39,200 nt of DNA, from assembly GCA_016839815.1 (NCBI GenBank), contig JAEOTM010000084.1, positions 1 to 39,200 on the forward strand. The letters run 5' to 3'. The stretch comes from Candidatus Hodarchaeota archaeon. GTDB taxonomy: Archaea; Asgardarchaeota; Heimdallarchaeia; Hodarchaeales; Hodarchaeaceae. Numbering within the stretch: the first letter of the stretch is position 1; each line of letters starts with the position of its first letter. Position numbers and translations under genes: made by a program. Below, piece by piece: positions 29,901 to 36,456 of the stretch. The notes under the pieces are model-generated. The model did not search any database, was not told the DNA's origin, and was given only the letters and a program-made list of their open reading frames with translations.

Positions 29901-32900
29901 ATCAAGGGCTTGAATAACTGGATAGCCTCCGTACACGGCAGAATCAGGATCCATCAGTCCAAGGAGAACATCGTCTAAACCATCATTGTTAACATCTACG
30001 TTTACTACCAGGACTTCTGGACTTGGATCTCTCGTCCAGTAATTACTCTCATAGCTATCATTTTCCCAAAGTAGATCAAAATCAAGATACAAAAGATCAG
30101 TTTCAGGTGGATTGGTTTCCATTCCTTCAAAGGAATACACATTCCCTCGGAGGCAGGAAACGATCACCTCATCCATACCATTTCCATTTGCATCATACAT
30201 GGCAATGTCAGTAGTCTCAGTGATGAAGGAATCAGTTTGCCAGGATTGATAATATTCTAATCCTTGATAGTGTTCATTCCAGTGACCACCAGTCTTGGAG
30301 ACTTCGACAAGGTAAGCTTGACTCCCAGAAGCTACAGCAATCTCACGACGATAGTCCTTATCACTATCACCAGTATCAATGGCTCGTGCTTCTTTGAAAT
30401 CAAATTTAGTAAAGTCAGAAGAGGGATTCATCCCGAAAAAGATGTTATTATAGAATCCACGAGTCTTATCCTCTGTATGGAAATCTCTACCAAAAGTAGT
30501 TTCGAAAAGCCTTCCAGTTGAGGCATAACCTGTATTAGTGTCAGCTCCTGGGTTGTCGGAACCAGTTGCATCATCTCCATAGGCTACAAGATTTCCGCCA
30601 TAGGCAACAATACCTTCTTCCTCGGTAACAATGGGAGCATCATAGACGACAATAGGAGTGGGTGAGGATCTACTAACGTAAGTGAGTCCACTTCCACCAC
30701 CTGCAGTGGCATTGAAGAAGCTACCAACAACTTCATCTTGATAACTTAATTCGCCTCCGCCTGTAGTCAGACTGCCACCAACAACTTGGACTAAGCCAGA
30801 ATGAGCGGAAATATCGCCAGTAGAAAGCCGAGAAATACTTCCAGTGACACTAGAGGAATAACCAATATTAGCTGTTTGCCAATTAGTTGTGTATTTAGTC
30901 GCTGAAAAAGCAGCAATACTGAAAAAGTCGTATTGAGACATGAAGGAGTAGGCAAAACCACCTGTGAAGTGAGGAGTAATTGCGGGTCCAACAGAAATTA
31001 GCGATCGAATCACGATATTTGGGTTTTCTTTAAGCACCATTAAACTAAAGCCTAAAAGAGGAAATACTCTATAGGTGGCAAATGGAGGTGTAGTAGTGAC
31101 TGGTTCCGGTTCTCGCCAAGTATTCCCATCGTCTTTGGAATAAGTCACTTGTAGAGCTCCTGAAGGTAGATTTCCATCAGCTTCGAAAATGACCATTAAA
31201 GTTCGATCGGGGGTAATTGTCTGAGTAATTGAAGGATGTAATTCATCGATAGCTTCACTAGTAGCTCTCGAGTACGGATGCACCTCATCCCACATTGTGG
31301 AGGAATTGGATTTGGCAATCCATAAGTCTAAATCTACTTTAGCTTCAGAGAATTTTAATCCAGTAAAGACAATAACCACATCGCCACTAGTGGAACGAAT
31401 CGCATCATGAGAAACCGCACGATACCCTGATCTACCCCAGGTAGCGTTATTATTTACAGCTGAGAAACCAATATTGGGAATCCGTGCTTGATATGGAGTA
31501 AGACCAGTAGTGAACACATTTTGCCAGTAAATTCCACCCGTTATTGCATCCATATAGGAAATGGCAACACCTTGTCCAGTGTTGTCACTATGAGCCCAAA
31601 CACTCGGATTGTAAAGGGTCGCTCCAAGTATCGCAGCAGCTCGTTCCTCACTTAATAATGGATCAAATATCGCATTTTCCCACCACAGAGTTCCTGCATT
31701 TTCTTTAAGTTCAAATAACCAAATACCGACACGAGTATACGTCGAAAAGGTTAACGAACCAGAGAATGCCAGGAAAACACGGCCTTCACGAGTTTGGAAC
31801 AGGGAGGGATGGATTTCAAAGGTAGAATAGCTATATGGGATAGAGGCATATCCACCCATAACAGTAAAAATACGAGAGAGTAGTGTATTGGTGGAAACTT
31901 GACCATGTTGAGACCAAGTGTCACCAAAGTCGTTACTTGTGGCATAATAGAGATTGGAACCACCTTTGAAGATTTGTAACCATTGACCTCGTTGGAAACC
32001 AGTAGTCATATCATACTGTAATTCAATAAAGTCAGTATTACGTAAAGCAAGTTGGACTTTAGTTTCAACATCAAACATCTGCTTTAATTTCATATACGGG
32101 AAGTTGACAAAGCTAGTTAAAATCGAACGTTCAAGATAGTGATTGTCACGTCCATGAGGACCTGTTTGCGAGTTCTCGTAAATCACAATACCCTTGAAAG
32201 TTCCAACAATAAGCTCTTTGTACTCGTCATAATCCTGATTGTCCACCTCAATATCATAAACCGGATTATCCTCCATAAGATGCATGGGTGCCCACCAGGT
32301 GTAGGCATAAGTACCAATTTGATTTTCAAGGATGGCCACAAAGCCGTTATACTGGCCCCACCAGGTCTTATTGACTCCACCAAGGATTATTTCATTGAAT
32401 GTATCATTATCTGTATCAGAGATCACAATGGATTCAATTGAGAGTGTTTTAACAGCTTCAGACGATAATGGATTTCCAGGGATGAAGTACCTGCCTCGAA
32501 CTGGATAGGGATCAACAAGGAAGTTTTCATAGAACTGGTCAGCACCGTTGGATTCAAACACAAAGAGGAAGCTTCCCGCGGCTAAAACAAATTCACCGTA
32601 TCCATTATAATCAAGATCTCCACCATAAGCGGCAGCAGTGAATTGAGTAATACCCAGGTCTTGGAAAAGAGGTGCCCAAGCAGATTGACGAAGATCGGCT
32701 TGCCAGATTAAGGTGTATTCGTCATCTATTGAAACGAATCCATCATTATTTTGTTCCCAGACAAAAATAGATAATCCTGCAGTTGCTACCATTTCCAAGA
32801 AGCCATCGTTATCCATATCGAGACCAACAACGAGTTCCTCAACATGATCCCAGATGGTTCGGTAAAAGGTGCCACTGACGCCTTCTAATTGATCCCACGC

Positions 32901-35900
32901 ATACGGGGACTGCGTAGAAAGTTCAGTGTGTGTGATATCCTGAGAACGATACGCTCGTTTGTACGTATTATTGGTGAGGTGTTCAAAGACATATAAATTA
33001 TTATCAAAATCACCAACAATAACTTCTCCTCTTCCATCTTGATCTAAATCTCCTGTTTCGAGGGTGAGTGTCCATCGTTCAAGTTCTGCTTCACTTGTCC
33101 ACGTCTCGAAGATGTGGTAGCCGTAATTCGAAATTGGAGTGAGATGGCTATCTGTACCAGATTTTAAGTTAATTTCCAGTCGGGCGATAATGGGATTTGT
33201 TCCAATAACATAGGCATTGTGGTTATCGTATTCAGCGTATAATTGAATTAACTGGTGTGTATGGGTGTTATAGGTAGTAATGTGGCTAACTTTGCCTGCC
33301 TGATTATAAGCAAATGCAGCATGGGTGAGATTATTGAAACGTAAACCACCCCATGAATTGGTGTATAGCCATTTGTTTTCTTCCCAGCGAGGAGCCCATT
33401 TATAGCCGACATTTTCGAAGTAAGTAGTAGATACAATGGTTCGTTGACGATTTGACCAACCAACTGTTAAATCAAGATCCCCATCACCATCATAGTCATA
33501 CAATTCGGGAGAATCAAACAATTTGTTTGTGGCCTTCGTGTTCAAATCCTCAAAATAATCAGGATCCAACATGAAGAGTGTATTATGGATGTTTTCAATG
33601 AAATAAACACGTCCATTGGTTAATACAATATCTTGATCACCGTCACCATCTACATCTCCAACAGCTGTTTCAGGCATACGCTGAGATTTTTGAAGAGCTC
33701 GGGTAAGTAAACCTGTAATTTCTACATTTTTCAATTCGAATTTACCAGTATACATACCTAAGGGGCCTACGAGGGGATCATAGGTATATACATCCAATCC
33801 TGCTTTAGCATTTGTCCCAACCATAGGGTCATATAATTCTCCAGGAACGTTACTGCCCCACCCAAGGAGCATAACTTCAGGGAAATAATCCTGATCCCCA
33901 TTGAAGTCCACAAACCTTGGAGAAACTGACTTCTGCTCATAGAATGGATTTAAATTTACTGGGAGGAAGAAGTATTGAGCTAGCTCAGATAGTTCATGGG
34001 TCAGCTCTGGTACCACAATAAGCTTTCCATTATCCGTACCAATGACCATGTCATTTTCGGGTATGTTTAGTTCGAAAATGTCTTGAAAGGGTTGGAAGGC
34101 AGGAACATTTTCAAAGATCGCGTTAAAGAATGCACTGAAAAGGGAGATATGAGTAACTGATGCAAATTCACCGTAAAAACCTGGTGGAAGGGATTGCTGA
34201 ACTTCCAGCTCGAAGATCTTTTCATCAAGAGAAACAGGGACCTCCCAGTTATCCCGGAGAATCTGACTTTTGGTCTCATTAAATAGCCAGGTTGGTATTT
34301 TACCTGGGCTTTTAACTTCAACGATATCCCAAATATTAGTTCCTTGAGTATACGAATCATTGGTGTATGAATTCCATAATAGGTTGTATTGATGGGCACT
34401 GGCATCATATTCAAACATAATGATTTTTCCATCACTAGTACCAAGTACAATTTTCTTTCCTTCAGATTCACCAGAGGTGTAAGCTTTGTAATAATCTAAA
34501 TCGAGACTACCAATGGTAAGAGAAGTGGCTGCATCCATAGGTCGATAAAGAACAGGTGCATATCCACCTTTAATCATGAAATAACCATGATTAGTAACGT
34601 TAATTCGCATATAGCGGAAATACGACCACTTCTTCTCGGAAAGTAGAGGATCAATGTCGATTTGGAGATCATCATCTCCCGGAGCAGAGGAAACTAATGC
34701 TAAAGAAATATCTTCATTAGGCACGAGGGCCCATTCACTGTCACCACGAGAGACTTCAAATGAAATTTTATCTAATCGGGGTAAGGTCCATTCATTAAAA
34801 CGGAGAATGACATCATAACCTAATCCTTCTTCGGGAATAGCAACGAGTCCATCACCCATAACCTCTTGATCTTTACCCCAGTCAACAATCGCACTGGCAA
34901 GTGTATCTCGAGCATTGAATACTGTATAATTTTCAGCAGGATCATGATTAATGTCTCGAATGCCGTTAATCTCAGTATCATCGACTACATTATCCCCATT
35001 CATATCAATGTATACACCATCTTCACCCCAAGGATCCAGCTTACGATGAATGGCCATCGAGGTGTTTTTCGGCCATTGGGGTTCCCACCCATACGCATGA
35101 GGTTCAGGAACCAAGACATCGTCAGTAACGCTGACATAATAGACATGTGCACCTGCAAGCATACTTGAATTAAGGGAGGAGTACGTGTAGGCGTTAAAAG
35201 TATCCACAGAGGGGATTTCGTTATTAGACCATGTCATAAAATCAATATAATGATTCAAGTAATGACCGAGACCTTCGAATCCTCCAAGCTGCCAAGACTC
35301 CAATGGAGCCCATAGTCGATGGGTGAGATAGCGTTCACCAACAATGGGTAAATCTTCATAATTGATCACGATGGTATCTTGACCGACTGCAATATACGCA
35401 ATTTCATCAGGGTCGTCATCATCCAAATTATCCACGATCACTCGAAGAACAGGTTTCCAAGTTGTATTACCACTATCCCAGTGATAACGATATGAGTTAT
35501 CTTGTGTTAAGGGCCAGGGTTTCCCATTGATCTGTAAAATTGTTCCGTTGTTTTCATAGATGTACACACGACCTAATTCAGTCCCAACCACAATTTCAGG
35601 GAGAGCGTTATAATTGGTGTCTCCAGTAGCTAAGGAAAAAATCTTTTCTCCAACAGGAATGGTAGCTTTTTCTGTATATTCAATCCAATGCTCATCGCTG
35701 AAGGGATAACCCGAGTGATTGGTATATTCATAAACGTGAATCTTCTCATCCCAAGAACCTGCAATAACATCAGGAAGATAATCTTTATCGACATCAGCTA
35801 TTGCAACACCCCAGACTTGCTGGATTTTGGGACTAGTCCATACATGAACGAATTGGTTTTCCATATTATCATAAGGATCGTAGATATGTTCTTGTTCAAA

Positions 35901-36437
35901 GACATAGACATGACCATCAGCTGATCCTGCAGCAATCTCCATAAAATCGTTATTATCAGTATCACCAAAGGCAATAGATAACACATCACCTTGAATGATC
36001 TCATCACCACTGTCCCAGACTTTATCATATTCACGAGAGAAGCCATTCCATCGATAAATATGGATCTCGTTATCATAGAGATATCCACCACCAACCGCGA
36101 GAAATTCGTTACTAGGGTCAGTAGCAATACATCTAACGGCTGCTTTGGTGAGCCAAGGCTCCCAGACTTGTTGATAACCCATTTCAGTATTCATGAGATG
36201 TTTGGTAATATCCATGCTGCTGGGAAGGATCTTATCACCTACTCCAAGATCATTAGGATCAAATATTTCCCCTTCATTCGCAACGGATGCTCTCAGAGAG
36301 GGAGCTTCTCTTTCCATATTCAGAAAGAAATCTTCCCAGGAAGGTTCAAGTTGCAGGAGACCTGTCGATACAACAGGACTAAAGACAAAAACACTAAGTA
36401 CGCCAATTGCAATCATTTGATACATTAATTTTTTCAT
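26958..36437 (-). CDS. Giant (~3160 aa) single-pass surface protein with FG-GAP/VCBS-type beta-propeller repeats, an Asp-box (BNR) propeller and jelly-roll inserts
   Basis: Signal peptide; >20 (G)D-x-D/N-x-D-G-x-x-E/D-I-V-V-G repeats; SNDFGDTW and SKDDGNTW Asp-boxes; LDG.TG...W PQQ-like blades; C-terminal TM + RRLIK. Two ATGs (36455, 36437), each with GGAGG RBS. Confidence 0.9.
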   Translation of the reverse strand: MKKLMYQMIAIGVLSVFVFSPVVSTGLLQLEPSWEDFFLNMEREAPSLRASVANEGEIFDPNDLGVGDKILPSSMDITKHLMNTEMGYQQVWEPWLTKAAVRCIATDPSNEFLAVGGGYLYDNEIHIYRWNGFSREYDKVWDSGDEIIQGDVLSIAFGDTDNNDFMEIAAGSADGHVYVFEQEHIYDPYDNMENQFVHVWTSPKIQQVWGVAIADVDKDYLPDVIAGSWDEKIHVYEYTNHSGYPFSDEHWIEYTEKATIPVGEKIFSLATGDTNYNALPEIVVGTELGRVYIYENNGTILQINGKPWPLTQDNSYRYHWDSGNTTWKPVLRVIVDNLDDDDPDEIAYIAVGQDTIVINYEDLPIVGERYLTHRLWAPLESWQLGGFEGLGHYLNHYIDFMTWSNNEIPSVDTFNAYTYSSLNSSMLAGAHVYYVSVTDDVLVPEPHAYGWEPQWPKNTSMAIHRKLDPWGEDGVYIDMNGDNVVDDTEINGIRDINHDPAENYTVFNARDTLASAIVDWGKDQEVMGDGLVAIPEEGLGYDVILRFNEWTLPRLDKISFEVSRGDSEWALVPNEDISLALVSSAPGDDDLQIDIDPLLSEKKWSYFRYMRINVTNHGYFMIKGGYAPVLYRPMDAATSLTIGSLDLDYYKAYTSGESEGKKIVLGTSDGKIIMFEYDASAHQYNLLWNSYTNDSYTQGTNIWDIVEVKSPGKIPTWLFNETKSQILRDNWEVPVSLDEKIFELEVQQSLPPGFYGEFASVTHISLFSAFFNAIFENVPAFQPFQDIFELNIPENDMVIGTDNGKLIVVPELTHELSELAQYFFLPVNLNPFYEQKSVSPRFVDFNGDQDYFPEVMLLGWGSNVPGELYDPMVGTNAKAGLDVYTYDPLVGPLGMYTGKFELKNVEITGLLTRALQKSQRMPETAVGDVDGDGDQDIVLTNGRVYFIENIHNTLFMLDPDYFEDLNTKATNKLFDSPELYDYDGDGDLDLTVGWSNRQRTIVSTTYFENVGYKWAPRWEENKWLYTNSWGGLRFNNLTHAAFAYNQAGKVSHITTYNTHTHQLIQLYAEYDNHNAYVIGTNPIIARLEINLKSGTDSHLTPISNYGYHIFETWTSEAELERWTLTLETGDLDQDGRGEVIVGDFDNNLYVFEHLTNNTYKRAYRSQDITHTELSTQSPYAWDQLEGVSGTFYRTIWDHVEELVVGLDMDNDGFLEMVATAGLSIFVWEQNNDGFVSIDDEYTLIWQADLRQSAWAPLFQDLGITQFTAAAYGGDLDYNGYGEFVLAAGSFLFVFESNGADQFYENFLVDPYPVRGRYFIPGNPLSSEAVKTLSIESIVISDTDNDTFNEIILGGVNKTWWGQYNGFVAILENQIGTYAYTWWAPMHLMEDNPVYDIEVDNQDYDEYKELIVGTFKGIVIYENSQTGPHGRDNHYLERSILTSFVNFPYMKLKQMFDVETKVQLALRNTDFIELQYDMTTGFQRGQWLQIFKGGSNLYYATSNDFGDTWSQHGQVSTNTLLSRIFTVMGGYASIPYSYSTFEIHPSLFQTREGRVFLAFSGSLTFSTYTRVGIWLFELKENAGTLWWENAIFDPLLSEERAAAILGATLYNPSVWAHSDNTGQGVAISYMDAITGGIYWQNVFTTGLTPYQARIPNIGFSAVNNNATWGRSGYRAVSHDAIRSTSGDVVIVFTGLKFSEAKVDLDLWIAKSNSSTMWDEVHPYSRATSEAIDELHPSITQTITPDRTLMVIFEADGNLPSGALQVTYSKDDGNTWREPEPVTTTPPFATYRVFPLLGFSLMVLKENPNIVIRSLISVGPAITPHFTGGFAYSFMSQYDFFSIAAFSATKYTTNWQTANIGYSSSVTGSISRLSTGDISAHSGLVQVVGGSLTTGGGELSYQDEVVGSFFNATAGGGSGLTYVSRSSPTPIVVYDAPIVTEEEGIVAYGGNLVAYGDDATGSDNPGADTNTGYASTGRLFETTFGRDFHTEDKTRGFYNNIFFGMNPSSDFTKFDFKEARAIDTGDSDKDYRREIAVASGSQAYLVEVSKTGGHWNEHYQGLEYYQSWQTDSFITETTDIAMYDANGNGMDEVIVSCLRGNVYSFEGMETNPPETDLLYLDFDLLWENDSYESNYWTRDPSPEVLVVNVDVNNDGLDDVLLGLMDPDSAVYGGYPVIQALDGQTGKEFWVYDLSNSVDPLTRNSAILWMKAVDLDQNGRDDLVFLAFDYDKQAAGENGALKLYGLIINENSPFESWTSPVPFRYQSTYGLNEFIFADMNGDPTLDILIGLSNRVLVVNGDDGDVLYDTASPLYEVNDSWNIDHISIGNQTLLISCRDTITSAGIVAYIDINGSIIHEYNVSEAVFGLTAVQMPLTDDGHEDILILNNGIMFAYDGLINRSQQLWNMTIENSVGNYEDTLRYDFNEDSFDDVMFQVMGTNGNYTATFEEFYENERIAHKIDGLNFSNLNNVYRYGWTTYNASGSAEIIPHSGDMVIITREANNFITIDSKAYRVSAYFGTADSSFYSGTFIWTAYDEFGVEITNTTIRNSEPQIFAELNDPLGRIHTVKVTGTLPNWEGFFSIDDFSYESFGPTKLMTFSGLDLKESLWEYYLWNSYAAHIFQGDLDDDGQHDDLLFSTIFQGNNYPHTGELKVLDGSKGTPLFFYEFSGFVPYHSLGDFGEFADVAVLTPSGFSAMFTYVRYEPTHYRNIAVQMNDSVSFQTRGIVTRIGVGDFNADGFEDIIFGDRARYLISLDGLTGDMIWKYRVSSPISQIAIHDFHLQDGFDDIAIALKSGLLVIVNGETGRPIWEDYLGPVIINSMKFVDTNQDGVVEELGLALGFRFTHLWGRFDLYNVNSRSIIWQRYQPFAPFTKFEAADFRGTGNSLDIVVSAYEHSIWLYNGVTGAYLRAFAVPVQDFAVGLFDKDQSLPMIATIVRNGTVATYQSNDWISAPTQAGKMNLYIPFRLSHMTIADFDNNGEDEIIVHSFGEGTYVLNSKVSTILWFFEDRSTFYLPKYLVADMNDDGVKDILSLNHDNIFALDGNLGEVVWASFVPSYVITTMTLGDFNDDGIQDVAVGTADGWIFVLHGKSDIIIPQEGPMSGKRVDDLPNGNTLSVISDAPRITADSKKWHIEPLTLTLTILFGLLIIPTTIFTQRRLIK

Positions 36438-36456
36438 AGGTATTCCTCCTTGCATT

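Noticed and set aside
34737-34748. RGDS integrin-ligand tetrapeptide in the giant FG-GAP protein
   Set aside because: One RGD in a >3000-aa Gly/Asp-rich protein is expected by chance, and it sits in a structural VSxD-type turn of a jelly-roll domain.
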